Part shown: piece by piece, positions 28,360-42,432 of the stretch | How the letters are laid out: each line of letters begins with the position of its first letter | Position numbering within the stretch: the first letter of the stretch is position 1 | NCBI GenBank assembly: GCA_964016885.1 | Contig: OZ024742.1 | Span: 171,678,001-171,742,000 of the forward strand | Direction of reading: 5' to 3' | DNA from: Eledone cirrhosa | Taxonomy: Eukaryota | DNA: 64,000 nt | Position numbers and translations under genes: made by a program | The notes under the pieces: model-generated | Told to the model about the DNA's origin: nothing | What the model saw: the letters and a program-made list of their open reading frames with translations, nothing else | Databases searched by the model: none

Positions 28360-28361
<2 letters not shown>
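27870..28361. mobile_element. Fold-back insert, 201-bp apparently perfect arms
   Basis: Arms 27944-28144 / 28161-28361, 16-nt loop; unpaired tail ending in a GAAACGAAATT hairpin, also seen at 30848-30885 and 21797-21830. Confidence 0.85.
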
Positions 28362-28420
<59 letters not shown>

Positions 28421-28424
28421 AATA

Positions 28425-29000
28425 AGGATACTATTTATAGTTATGTATATACTATAAACAACTAGAAACAAGAAAGGTCAGTAATGTATTACTATCTTAT
28501 TACCAGTAAGAGAAATAGATCAATGTAAGAACATCAGGTGTTTTACAGAGCAGGAATATAAATTGCACAATTATCAAATTTATGTTCAAATCATTTTATT
28601 GCTGCAATCGTTTCTTCCAAACTTTCGTTTGAGTCATCGGATCATTAACAATGTTTGTACATATAATTAACCTCCTATTCAACTGAACAATCATATAGAT
28701 ACATATATATTGATGTTGTGAACAACAGTTTCGTATTTACAGGGTGGAATGGATGCGACATATATTATATGAGAATTGTACAGTAATTAAAATTAAAATT
28801 AAAAGCACAGAGTGGAATACATGCGACAGATAATACAAGGGAATAGTCTAATAATCAAAGAGGCATTGGGGAAGAATGAAGACACTAGCAGTACATACGC
28901 AAGCGTGTAGAGGGTGCAAATGCGTTAGTCATATATATGAAGGAAACAAGCAAAGGTATTAGGCATATATAAATACTGTATGGCAAAGGTATCACGTAAA
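28425..29000 (-). mobile_element. Second copy of the 10317-11195 element (single orientation)
   Basis: Collinear from tttatagttatgtatatact through actgtatggcaaagg, moderately diverged. Confidence 0.8.
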
Positions 29001-29632
29001 ATAACACAGGTATACAATCATATCAAGCAAAGTTGTTAGTGTACTAAAATTTATGGTTTCCGTCGAACCTGCGGATCCAGAATCAGGCAGATCCACAGAA
29101 TCATCGTGTCTCGAGCTCTCCGCCGCCGAAACAATTGTAACACATAATAAATTGAGTTCAGATGCATCACTGATTTTTCGTTTATATTATATCATACTCT
29201 GCTCTGTAAGAAGATAGAGTGCTCAACAGGCATACCACCTATGAAGCATCTTAGCTACCATCAGACATATATATATAAATATATATATATAATATATATA
29301 TTTATATGTGTGTGTGTGTGTGAGTAAAGGAAAAATAATTGCTCAACTTATCGCGTGTTAGTCCATAATACGATACGATTCTGGAGGAAACAGAGTTTAG
29401 GAGGTTTTAACCACAATGAGTGAGGCATATAGGCACGTAGTCACGTATGCGAAGGAATGAGAGGCGAAGATGTTGTGGTGTGTCTGGATTATCATTGCTA
29501 ATGGTATATGTGTGCGTAACAGGTACATTATTTCCATGAGTCTGTTGTTTTTTGCTCGTGTGTGTGTCTGTGTGTATGTGTGTGTGTGTGTGTGTGCGTG
29601 CGTTGGAGTGTTGTACATTTTCTTAGTGTACA

Positions 29633-29666
<34 letters not shown>

Positions 29667-29669
<3 letters not shown>

Positions 29670-30700
29670 GGTGTGGGATGCTTAAAGCGTCCGTGTGGGA
29701 TAGGACGTTTCAGCACTCGATGCTTTTACAGAGCAGAATATAATATCACATAAGAAACGAGGAATCAGTGGTGCGACGAATAAAATTTATTAGACATATT
29801 AAAATCGTTTCTCTGGCGAAACGATCGAGGCACGATCGATGCAATGATCGAACCTGACTCTGAAATCAGAAGGACCTCAGATACGTCTCGCATATATACT
29901 TAAGCATATATACTTAAGTATATATGATTTCCTGAGTACAGTGTGTGTGTGTGTAGATATGTGTATATTTATCAAAAAATACTTTTTTGAAATAACTTTT
30001 TTGCAAGCCTCGTTCAAGCATTTAAAAAAAAAATGTTCTTTTTACATTTTTTTTTTGAAATGTGGGTTTTTTAAGGTATTTTGAGGGAGTGTTTCTCTGA
30101 AACGTTTTTTTAGATATTTTTTAAAATCTTTTTCCATTTAAAAAAAAATTATTTCTAAGTGTTCGCTGCACATTCAATATTTACTGTGAGTGTCGCATAT
30201 AATACAGTTGCGGGTGTGTATGTGATTGTTGTGGGTGTATAAGTGCCCATATGTATAACGCCTGCGCGAAACATGGACATAGGTGTGGGCGCCTACAGGC
30301 CAGGAAAGGCTGCGAGAAGGCGCAAGCGTTTCAATCATGCAACCCCTCACCTCCTACAGTAGTAATTCCGATATATGAAAGAACTTTGATTAACAGGTGG
30401 CATATGAAAGGAACCAGATAAATGACGGCCATGTGTGGCCAAAAATACCGATGACGTGTACAATTCGTGACCACTCAGCGACAAACAACAACAGATTTTA
30501 AGCTGGCGAGTGAAAGCCGCCTGTGTAACTAGACATTTGGAAACTCTGCTTCGAAGAATCGAGACGTATCTGAGGACCTTGCGATTTCAGAGTCAGGTTC
30601 GATCATTGCATCGATCGTGACTCGAGCTGGTCGCCAGAGAAACAATTGTAATATGTTTAATACATTTTATTCAACGCACCACTGATTCTCCGTTTCTTAT

Positions 30701-30707
<7 letters not shown>
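29667..30707. mobile_element. Fold-back PLE remnant with hammerhead and possible degraded GIY-YIG spacer
   Basis: Arms 29743-29890 / 30560-30707; spacer reads LKKRFRE...KYFLIN on the minus strand; tail 29667-29742. Confidence 0.75.
30564..30656 (+). ncRNA. Hammerhead ribozyme candidate with extended stem II
   Basis: Stem I ACGTAT/ATATGT, CTGAGGA 30570-30576, about 62-nt insert, GAAAC-AATT-GTA 30639-30650. Confidence 0.6.
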
Positions 30708-30775
<68 letters not shown>

Positions 30776-30814
30776 ATACTTTGGGAGGGTCATGTTGCCA
30801 ATAATTCAGAAACG

Positions 30815-30847
<33 letters not shown>

Positions 30848-30850
<3 letters not shown>

Positions 30851-31144
30851 GGAAAAAAATGAAACGAAATTTCATTTCCCACTCTTAGTACGGCTGTTAC
30901 TTAAATATAAGTATGTACACGTACATACATATATGTATACAGACGTACAGTACCATGTATATATACATACATGCACACACATATATATATGTACGTACGG
31001 CTTAATACGGGATGTGTTTTTACAAACACACCGAGCATTATAATAAATGTTCGGTGAATCCATACGTACATATATATATATATGTCTGCATGTATGTACA
31101 TACTACTGTACGTCTGTATACATATATGTATGTACGTGTACATA

Positions 31145-31151
<7 letters not shown>
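30848..31151. mobile_element. Fold-back insert
   Basis: Arms about 30905-31000 / 31060-31151; tail with GAAACGAAATTTC; arm sequence also at 22200-22235. Confidence 0.7.
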
Positions 31152-31186
<35 letters not shown>

Positions 31187-31703
31187 CAGACAGATGCAGT
31201 ATAATCAGGCATCTCTCCAGAAACTATGTAATCCAAAATTTCAGCACCATTTGCCATTATAACTTTAAATGTGAAACCTAAATGCTCATCTGTGACTCTA
31301 ACCAACTGTCAAATCGTTTACAGTGAAAAGCGAGCAACATGGAAAAAAGAATAGTGACGTCTGGATAAAAGTTGCAAGCTTATGATTGGCTGAACATTTA
31401 GCCAGAAGATCAGATTAAAACCTGACATCATCTAAGCAAATCAAAGATGAGCACTGAAGTAGAGAAACGTATGTTCCCAGCAGGCCGAGCAGCAAAGTCA
31501 TTTAATTTGATTTACGTCGGTAACATCGACAGAACTGACAAATTATAACGAGGCATTTTTTTTTAACAATTGAAGAGATATGGGTCACCTTTCTTTGTAT
31601 AGAGTGTAATGCACTCTATGACATAACTAGACTTATATAGATATATATTTTATATTATATTACCTTTTCCAGATGACAGGCTGAGGCCATGCTGGAGCAC
31701 CCC

Positions 31704-31754
<51 letters not shown>

Positions 31755-31761
<7 letters not shown>

Positions 31762-32010
31762 TTGCTTATACAGGTCTAGAACTGTTTCATTCGGGAGATA
31801 TCATCAGATTTCTCCCGAATGAAACAGTTCTAGTCCCGTAGAAGCCATTTCTATATTAATTATTTATACTCTGTTATCTATTGAGTACGTTAAATGGTGT
31901 GGTTACCCCCGATTGAACCCGGGGTAAACTAGACGACTGGACCGGACGTTGCTGTATGAATCGTCTAGTTTCTAGAAACCTTCGGTAATGGAATACTTAT
32001 ATTGTATTGT
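31755..32010. mobile_element. Short fold-back with degenerate hammerhead
   Basis: Arms about 31757-31798 / 31811-31853; minus strand CTGATGA-tatctcccgaat-GAAAC; tail ACTC (31868)..GAGTAC. Confidence 0.7.
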
Positions 32011-32101
32011 TTATTATGTAATTAAATAGCTCTGTACAATACATACAGCACTCTTCTCTCCTTTACATTTTCTACGGAAATACGTAACACACAAACACAC
32101 A

Positions 32102-32385
<284 letters not shown>

Positions 32386-33364
32386 TATATATATATATAT
32401 ATATTAATTTATCTATGTATTGATCCCCGTATGCATTTGATGGACGAGAGAAAAAGTACTCAATACCGAAGTTGAGTTTGAATATTCCCTAACTTTGGCT
32501 TAGTAGTGAATCTTGTTGCTCTGTATTTTCAGCTGCGCACACACAGGACCATCAGACAACATTTTCCATATTGTTAAAATTGTATAGATTTGTGAATGAA
32601 ATAATAACTACGGTCCTGGAGAAAACACTTGCTATCGTTAGTCCAGTTGTATATATTCTCAATTGAAATCCCTCTGGTATGGAGAAGACAAATATTAGTT
32701 TACGCATTTTTTACAGTATGGCTATCAAAATTTGAAATCTGTATTATAGATATTTTGATCACAATCCAGCTATTGTGCTTGTTTTTTGTGTTTGTTCTCG
32801 TTTAGCTTCATCTTGTGTACATAGCATTGTCGAATGTTTAATTTGCTTCGTGGTCATTACGTCTCGAGTTCGAATCCCATGCGTGGAATTCCATGGAAGT
32901 GTTATCAGTTCAGCCCATGTCTCGTGAGTGAATAGATGGAACCTGCCTGTAATGCACCTGCACAATCAATCTCTTTAATTCAAAGGGCCGACTTTGTCTG
33001 ACTCTGTGTCTCTATGAATTTCACTGCAAATTAAGTAAGGATTACAGATCTATCTGGAATGTTCAGGTACTTGCTCGTTCATTTCCCTGCTTGCTCCCAA
33101 AAGTGGAACGCGCATCGTCGAATGCGATTGAAGACCATTTTAATAAACCTCAGTAAACCTTGATCCCACAAACCATACACATAACATTAGTAACACTGCA
33201 GTTGTTGTTATAGATTTATCCTCAGGAAATCTATGAGCGGGATTTGGGGAATATTTGACAGTTATTTCTAGCATGTAGAGCCTTTATATATAGACGAACG
33301 CTTCAGGTAGTCGTTTCTTGTAGAATGTTCTGGTGACATCGAGGACCAATACAAATGCGATTAG

Positions 33365-33690
33365 TGTCATTTCAATCATCATCATAATTATTTCATAATC
33401 ATCATCATCTTCATCATTTCCTGATCACCATCACCATAATTATTTTATCCTCATCATCGTCATTATTTTCATCATAGTTATCATTATCGTATTCATCGTG
33501 ATCTTCATTGTCCCCATCATAACTATTATTATTATAGTCATTATCATTACTTCATCATAAGCATAATAAATATCGTCACCAGAATGATAATTATCAACAT
33601 CATACTCCACCATTCTCCTCCAAATTATCATCATCATTATCATCATAGTCATCATCATTATCATCATCATAATAAAAATCATAATTATTC
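33365..33690. repeat. Degenerate (CAT)n low-complexity tract
   Basis: Directly visible; explains the Met/Ile-rich pseudo-ORF 33440-33682. Confidence 0.9.
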
Positions 33691-34394
33691 GAGTTCAGTA
33701 GAAATAATTACAAAACACACGCAGTTGGTTCGATTTGCGTTGACAGTTAAAAATAACAACTAACAAAAAGAACAATTTGAAGAATGGAAAAGAGAAGATG
33801 TGGGATGTGGACAGGTGGGTGGTGTGGTGGACTAGGTAGGAAGGTAAGGAAGTAGGTATGTGGGTATGGGTGAAGTACTACGGGGAATTGTGCTAACAAC
33901 TGAATTGTTCCCGTGTGAAATTGCTCCACAACATCTGGTGACAGCTAAATATGCATTTACCTAAAGACGGTATAAACAGTTGTAGTGGTGACATGGTTGA
34001 TGGTAAGCACGTGGTTCTCCCCCCTCTCCCCTCTCTCTCTCTGTATATATATATATATATATCGCTCTCTCTCTCCGCCTTCTATCTCATTTTGTTGCAC
34101 ACAAGCACAAGCACACACATACCACACGTGATTATATGTTTGTACTTGTGTGCATGTACGATTGTGTATATGTATACTGATACAGTTTTATATAAAAGTA
34201 TGTAGGCCTTTATTTGCTTGTATGTATGTGTACGGAACATATATCACACTCATATATAAATATATTTCTATGTGTAAATTATATGCAAATTTTTGTTATA
34301 TTGCACTTTGTTGTACAAAAATGTATACAGTTTAGCATGTGCACGTGAGTAGATACACACAAACCTTATAAAGACATACACTCTCTCTATCTCA

Positions 34395-34535
<141 letters not shown>

Positions 34536-35069
34536 ATAATGTTGATATTTGTCTTATCTGTCTGTAGTTCGTGCTTTTTTAGCTGTGAGAATGATGTACA
34601 TTCCATTTTCTTCCCAATTAATAATTTCACAGTAAAACTATATATCTTAATTACATTACAATTTCCAGCGCTGTAATTAACCAGTGATAATTGCTCTAAT
34701 TATCTAACCGACTTCAGCAAGTAGAGAATCTTACATTACATTTTTATTTCAATCTATAGCGTTTTTGATATTAAGTTCGGCTTAGCTCTGCTTCTCAGAA
34801 AAAAATAACAAAACAAAAAATAGAAACACAAATGTATTTTACATAGTCCGACGTCTAGCTGTGTGGTTAAGGATTTAGATTTACAACCACATGGTTTCAG
34901 GTTCACTCACAAAGGCTGAAACATTGAGAATTGTCTGCTGCTCGAACCACTGTATCACCAAACGCTTTTGTGTGAGAGTTAGTAGATGCAACTACAGAAG
35001 ACTGTCAAATATATATATAGAGGTGACCCGAAAATGTATACACACTTCAATAGCATTCAAATATTACTT

Positions 35070-35282
35070 CTATATCTATGGCGGGTAAAATTCCCGAGAT
35101 CCATGGACGAGTTCTCTCCAACAGTCTCTGTCCTTCGTCGTCCCCGTCATGTGCTGCGACTCCAAGGGACCTGTGTCTGTCGTTAGGCCATCAACAGATG
35201 AAGTTCTTACAGGCTTATGGAATCCCAAAGAAGATAGTGTACCTAATATCACTGCTCTACACCAACACCAAAGCCCAAGACA
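35070..35282. mobile_element. RTE-like LINE fragment with internal inversion
   Basis: Minus-strand C-terminus ..KDRDCWRELV.. (35070-35185) joined to plus-strand RT piece MKFLQAYGIPKKIVYLISLLYTNTKAQ (35185-35282). Confidence 0.55.
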
Positions 35283-35354
35283 TTCTAATAATAATCAAAA
35301 TAAGCATACATTTTTGGACACCCTGTGTGTATATATATATATATATCTAAAAGC

Positions 35355-35612
35355 CTAAAGTCTGTCTTAAGCCAGAAGGCTCATTTGGCCGGAGCTTATC
35401 CCCGTTTCATGGCGTGAAGCGAATGAGAGTCCAGGACTTCCCCCTGTACAAGACGCCAGTCCATCGCAGCGTTAAACCTCCAGCTGGTACTCATTTTCAG
35501 GTGAGTTTACTGGAGCAACGTGAAATGAAGTGTTTTGCTCAAGAAGACAACACGCAAGCCCACGACATTATGATCGTAAGTCCAACACTCTTACCACTAG
35601 GCCGCGTGCCCC

Positions 35613-35615
<3 letters not shown>
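35355..35615 (-). mobile_element. tRNA-derived SINE, second family
   Basis: Minus strand begins ggggcacgcggcctagtggtaagagtgttggac (A box), then gtgttgtcttcttgagcaaaacacttcatttcacgttgctccagt. Confidence 0.75.
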
Positions 35616-35677
<62 letters not shown>

Positions 35678-36002
35678 GATGAACCAATTCAAAACCTGTT
35701 CTCAAACAGACCTATTATATTAAATCTTTGTTGGTTTTATTCAATGAACAAATATAATTATTTCTGAAGACAGCATATGACCTATTTTCATCCCTAAAAT
35801 AATCTTTCATTCATAATATTCTCTCGATCCAAAACTGAAATCTACTTCCCTCTACCCCTAAATTAAGGCTATATTACTACTATTTTATCATCTTGACCTT
35901 CACTATCTTTCTATTGGTTAATTCAAAACCTGTTCCCAAACATACATATTGTATTAAATCTTTGTTGTTTTTTTTCAATAAACAAATATCATTATTTCTG
36001 AT

Positions 36003-36390
36003 GGGTGGTGGATTGGCAGTATCGGTAGAGAGTCGGACACCATGCTTTGAAGCATAGAGTTACGTCCCTTTATGATCTGAGTTCAAATCCCGCCGAGGTT
36101 AACTTTGCCTTTCATCCTTACGGGGTCGATAAAATAAAGTACCAGTCATGTACTGGGTAATTGCTGGCCTTGTGCCTAAAATAGAAACAATTATTTCTGA
36201 TGTGTGGATTGACAGTATCGGTAGAGGGTTTGGACGCCATGCTTTCCAGCATAGTTACGTCCCTTTACGATCTGAGTTCAAATCCCGCCGAGGTTGACTT
36301 TGCCTTTCATCCTTACGGGGTCGATAAAATAAAGTACCAGTTATGCACTGGGTAATTTGCTGGCCTTGTGCCTAACGTAGAAACAATTAT
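36003..36390 (+). mobile_element. Two tandem S1 SINEs
   Basis: Two complete copies; ATTATTTCTGA at 35991, 36190 and 36386. Confidence 0.92.
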
Positions 36391-36693
36391 TTCTGAAGAC
36401 AGCATATATATGTGTAGGTATGTATATTCTTTCTGATAGTTTGTAAACATTTTACATAGATCTATATGATATGCATACCAACACTAACATATATATCCTA
36501 GAAACGATCGTAAAATGATGAATTTTTTAATATAAGGAACTGTTTCTTTGTTTATTCATTATTTTTATTAATTTATATATATATATATATATGTATGTAT
36601 ATATATATATATATACATACATACATACATACATATATATATATACATACATATATATACATTTATATATATATATATACATACATATACATA

Positions 36694-36734
<41 letters not shown>

Positions 36735-36821
36735 GTATATATATATGTATATATGTAAATATATATATATATGTATATATATATATATGTATTTATGTAT
36801 ATATATATATATATATATACA

Positions 36822-36904
<83 letters not shown>

Positions 36905-37134
36905 GTTATATTTAATTTGTTTGGATACAACAAGCAAAATATGTTTATAACTGATTTAAAGCACTCAACAAATTATTGGAGTAAATATACAATATATTAA
37001 CAAATGGAGACTATATTTATAAAACCATATTTATTTCATTATACATATTTCAAGATCAAACTATGGTGCGCTTTCATCAGATAAAATATAATATAATAGT
37101 TTCCATTTGTTAATATATTTTATATATTATATTT

Positions 37135-37238
<104 letters not shown>

Positions 37239-37475
37239 AAATATAATATATATATATATGTATATATATATATTATATATATATATATATTGTTTACACC
37301 CACACATATATTATATATATATATATATATTGTTTACACCCACACATAATCCAGAACTTACAATTAATAAGTAAGTAAATGTATACGTTCTGAATCACGG
37401 ACTCGGGCTTCGGGAGTGCATGTCCCGTGAATTCATTGGGCGAGTTTGTCTAGTTCGATACACTTATATATATAA

Positions 37476-40400
37476 AAAAAAACAAGTAATGTGCAAGTTT
37501 TTCAAGAACGGGACATGCTGGCATAGAGAGACAGGGATGGGATGCAGATTCGCCCACCCTAGGTCACAAACGAACTATGCCCATCATACTCGCGCAACAT
37601 ACCCAGGCCAAAGTCGAAATAAGCCTCTTCAGAAGTATGCTGATGTCGTGCGTGCCGCACCAACAAGGAGAAGGCACGCACATGCCGACGAGATACAGAT
37701 GGCAGCAGCAGAGCAGAAACATTTTTTAGTGATGGCAGAGAAGATTGTGGGACAGCTGACCTGACTGCATCGTCTCCAGAGCCAGGGTCATCCACACCAG
37801 CACTCGAGACCACCACAGTTAAGGGACCCAGAGTGGCCGCCGCTGACACCAGATCAGGTGTCATACCGACAGCCATTACTGGCACCCCAAAAGTCACTCC
37901 AGTGCTGCTGTTGAATGTCAGAGGCCTGGTGAAACTCAGTAACATGAGTAAAATTTCCTACCTGGGAGACTTAGCCATAAGCAATCAAGCACTATGCATG
38001 GCACTAACCGAAAAGCACCTGACAAGCAGTATAGCAGATGCAGAAATACATATACCGAAATATACTGTATTTCGTTCGGACAGGAAGGCGAGAACTCATG
38101 GTGGGGTTGCTCTGTATATCCGTGAAGATGTCACACCAATTGTACTGTTGACACATTCAAACTCAGTCTGTGACACACTGATAATACATATGAAGCAACT
38201 ACAGACAGTAATATGTGTCACATATCGGCCGCCCGATGCCACCAGTCATGAGGGTAAATTTGAGGATAGCCTAAGTAGGATAGAAGAGGTCCTTGACAAA
38301 CTGGACCAGGGTCTCAACATCCTACGGCTGGGAGACTTCAACCTACCAAAGGTCAAATGGCCTGAGGGCCACCTCCTCCCTGGAATGACGTCAATAGAAC
38401 AGAGACAGACGGAATCCCTGCTGGCCCTCACACACAGGCTGTTCATGGAGCAAGCAATACTCCTCCCAACAAGAGGCGAACATGTCCTGGACCTCTGTCT
38501 TACAAACAACGAAGTGCTCATCCACAATGTAAAGGTGACAGCAACGATTCTCTCGGATCATAACTTAGTAGAGCTAATGATATGTGGTCCAAAAGAACCA
38601 ACAGAGACAAAACCACCAAGAATCTCCGGGACGCTATCCAGCCTTAACTTCTACAAGGCTAACTGGAAAAAGATTAAGAGTGAAATCCGGAAGCAAAAAT
38701 GGAGTGAAAACACCACCACACAAGACACTAACACACAATTTCAACACTTCATGACAACGATACACACTATATGCAAAAGTTTGTCCCGGAGAAAGAGGCA
38801 AACGGACACAACAATCTTATTCCCAGAGATAAGAAAATCCTTATGAGACGTAGAACTAAACTCTCAAACCAGTTGAATAGTCAACAAAACAAAAACAAGA
38901 AGGAATCCTATTTGAAACGTGCACTACTTGACACCGAGATTGCACTCAAACTTTCCCATGAGAATGAGAAGGCAAAGAAAGAAAACAGGGCCATAGAAAA
39001 CATTAAAACAAACCCTAAGGCCTTCTTTAAATTTGCAAAAGAAACTGCCTCAGTACACTGCAAGATTGGGCCACTCTTCCACACGGACGGTTCATTAACC
39101 GAAAACCCCCAAGAGATATATGAAATACTGAACGAACAGTACAAAAGTGTGTTCACATGTACACTGAGGCACATGCAAATAACGAAGCCAGAGGAGTTCT
39201 TTGATGCCACAACACTACATCAAGAAATGGCAACCATCAACCACATAGACATAACGGAGGAAGATGTGGTGTACGCCATTGATGAAATTAGAACAGACTC
39301 GGCTGCTGGACCTGATGGATTCCCAGCAGTTCTCTTAAAAATATATAAGCGGGCCTTAACAACTCCACTGAAGATGCTCTTCAGAAGCTCCTTGGCTAGC
39401 GGTGTACTACCCAGTGAGCTGAAAGAAGGCACAATATGCCCTATCCATAAAGGAGGTAGTAGAGCGGAGGCCAAGAACTATAGGCCAGTCTCCCTGACGT
39501 CGCATATCAGTAAGGTCATGGAGCGAGTCGTCAGAAAGAAACTAATCACTTTCCTCGAAGAAAATGACCGCCTGACTAGCACGCAACATGGCTTCCGCCC
39601 AGGAAGAAGCTGCCTTACACAGCTGCTACATCACTACGACTGGGTACTGAGACAACTACTAGACAGCTCACATGTGGACGTGATATATCTTGACTTTGCG
39701 AAGGCCTTTGACAAGGTCGACCACGGAATGATATGTCACAAACTACACGGACTCGGCATAACTGGAAAAGTAGGTGAATGGCTGCATGGCTTCCTAAGGG
39801 ACAGAAGCCAGGCAGACGCAGCAAATGGGGCCCTCTCGAGGGAAACACCGATAACAAGTGGGGTGCCCCAGGGGACAGTCCTGGGACCACTACTGTTTTG
39901 GTGGCTCTCTCGGACATGCCCTCTGTGGTGCATGCAACAACATCCCTCACTAGCTATGCTGATGACACTAAGGTAGCACAGGCAATCAAAAACCCGGCTG
40001 ACGCTGCCCTTTTACAGCAGGATCTGGATGCCATATACAAATGGGCGGAAGAAAACAACATGCAGTTTAATGCTGGCAAATTCCAAGCCCTACAATACAA
40101 ACCTGCAAATACAAACATAGTGGAACACAGCTACACAGGACCAGGAGGAACCGATATCCCCGTGTCAAAATCTATACGAGACCTGGGCATAGACATGAGC
40201 GCTGATGCATCTTTTTCTTCACACATCATGAAAGCGGCGACAATGTGCAGACGACTCGCTGGCTGGATCTTGAGGACTTTCCGTCAAGAGATCGAGACAC
40301 CATGTTGACACTGTGGAGGACTTTTGTCCTAAGCCGCCTGGACTACTGCTCCCAGTTGTGGTCACCCCATAGTGTCAAACTAACCACGGAGCTTGAGGCA

Positions 40401-40865
40401 ATCCAGCGAAGCTACACCAAGAGGATTGCCAAGATGAGGGTGACAAGCTACTGGGAGAGGCTAAAGGAACTGAACCTCTACTCCTTGGAGCGAAGACGGG
40501 AGAGATACGCAGTGATCTACATGTGGAAAATCCTGGAGCCACATCTAGAATAAGGAGCAGGTATTGCAATAGCCTGGGATTCAAGGGCCCTCAGCTCTTC
40601 AACAGGCTGCCGAGGGATCTGAGAGACTTGCATGGCGTGGAGGTGGATGTCTTTAAGAAACATTTCGACACCTTGTTATCCAGGATCCCGGATGAGCCCA
40701 CAGCAAGACACGAGGGAAACCTAAGGGCAGCAGCAACAAACTCCCACTATAACCAGTGGCCAACCTATACAGGCTGGAGATAAAATGTGTAGCAACAAGG
40801 GCGGTGCCCCAGCATGGCCTCAGCCGGATGGCTGAAACAGGTAAAAGAGTAAAAAAGAGTAAATA
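37476..40865 (+). mobile_element. 5'-truncated, decayed CR1-group LINE (APE + RT)
   Basis: ORF1 end with CCCH finger, ORF2 in several frames, short 3' UTR ggtgccccagcatggcctcagcc..gctgaaac plus A-rich repeats. Confidence 0.9.
37833..40783 (+). pseudogene. LINE ORF2: apurinic endonuclease + reverse transcriptase (frameshifts near 38780, 39900, 40290; apparent deletion near 40545)
   Basis: LNVRGL, TYRPP, GDFNLP, PTRG..LDL, SDH; AGPDG, NYRPVSLTS, QHGFRPGRSC, LDFAKAFDKV, GVPQGTVLGPLLF, YADD, RDLG, SRLDYCSQLWSP. Confidence 0.92.
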
Positions 40866-40880
40866 TAAATACATACATTA

Positions 40881-40934
<54 letters not shown>

Positions 40935-41034
40935 GCACACATACACACATATATACACACACACACATATATATATACACACACATATATACACACATAT
41001 ATATATATACACACACATATACACACACACATAT

Positions 41035-41095
<61 letters not shown>

Positions 41096-41693
41096 TAAAT
41101 ATGCACAGGCATGGTTGTATGTGGGTTTGGGCTCCTGTAAATGCGTGATCTTCCGTGTTTTTAGTTATGTCCAGCAGCATATCACTTCCTGAAAAAAACA
41201 TCGATAAATAAAGTAGTTGACATCTGGTTATATGATGGACTAAATCATTTTAAGGCGGGCTAGAATTGTGGCAGTCTGGTGAATGAAATCCGTTTCAGAG
41301 TAAATAAAGGTTGGCATCCGAAGAAGAGTGACAGAGCCTAGCAACAGAAAGAACTCTACTAATGAGGATACTAAAGGACCAGGTGTATTTTAACAACAAA
41401 AAAGTTTAGAAGCCCCTTTTGGTAATGGTCCCTGCTGCTTGCTATGAAAGCTTTTGCTGAAATGGTATTTGTTGATGTAATATTATTGCTTTGAAATTGT
41501 AATTACATTCAGGAGTCTATTTGTTTTAGTTTTGTTTCTTCACTTATTCACAATACATGCATCCCCAGCTGTGTGGTTAAGGAGTTCGCTCCACAAACGC
41601 CTAGTTACATATTCACTTCATTGCATAGCAATTTGTGTCTTCAACTATAACATCTGGTTGATCAATAACTTCAGAGTGAAATTTGGAAGGGTG

Positions 41694-41721
<28 letters not shown>

Positions 41722-41724
<3 letters not shown>

Positions 41725-41841
41725 ACGAAGGAAAAGTGGTAAGGAACCAGGTGGACCATAACGCACCAAAGTACTCAATACTTAGGGTAGTAGATTTAGC
41801 CGTCGAAACGGCTTGAGCTCAGCCGTCGGGGTTTACTTGTT

Positions 41842-41845
<4 letters not shown>
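41722..41845 (-). mobile_element. Internally deleted copy of the 32201 family
   Basis: Tail in reverse orientation fused to gtcgaaacggcttgagctcagccgtcgggg. Confidence 0.75.
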
Positions 41846-41922
<77 letters not shown>

Positions 41923-42030
41923 AAATGTGTGTGTGTGTGTGTATATATATATATGTATATATATATATATACGCATATATATATATTATACACACACACA
42001 CATATATATATATATGTGTGTGTATATATA

Positions 42031-42079
<49 letters not shown>

Positions 42080-42091
42080 ATATATATATGC

Positions 42092-42165
<74 letters not shown>

Positions 42166-42177
42166 GCATATATATAT

Positions 42178-42253
<76 letters not shown>

Positions 42254-42265
42254 GCATATATATAT

Positions 42266-42328
<63 letters not shown>

Positions 42329-42432
42329 TATATATGCATTAATGGCAAACCAGGGAAGGCTGGCCATAGGAAGTCTAGAATCGGTGGAGGTGCCCCAGCA
42401 TCGCCTCAGCCCCTCGGCTGGAACACATAATA

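Noticed and set aside
33440-33682. Met-rich ORF
   Set aside because: Antisense of a degenerate (CAT)n tract.
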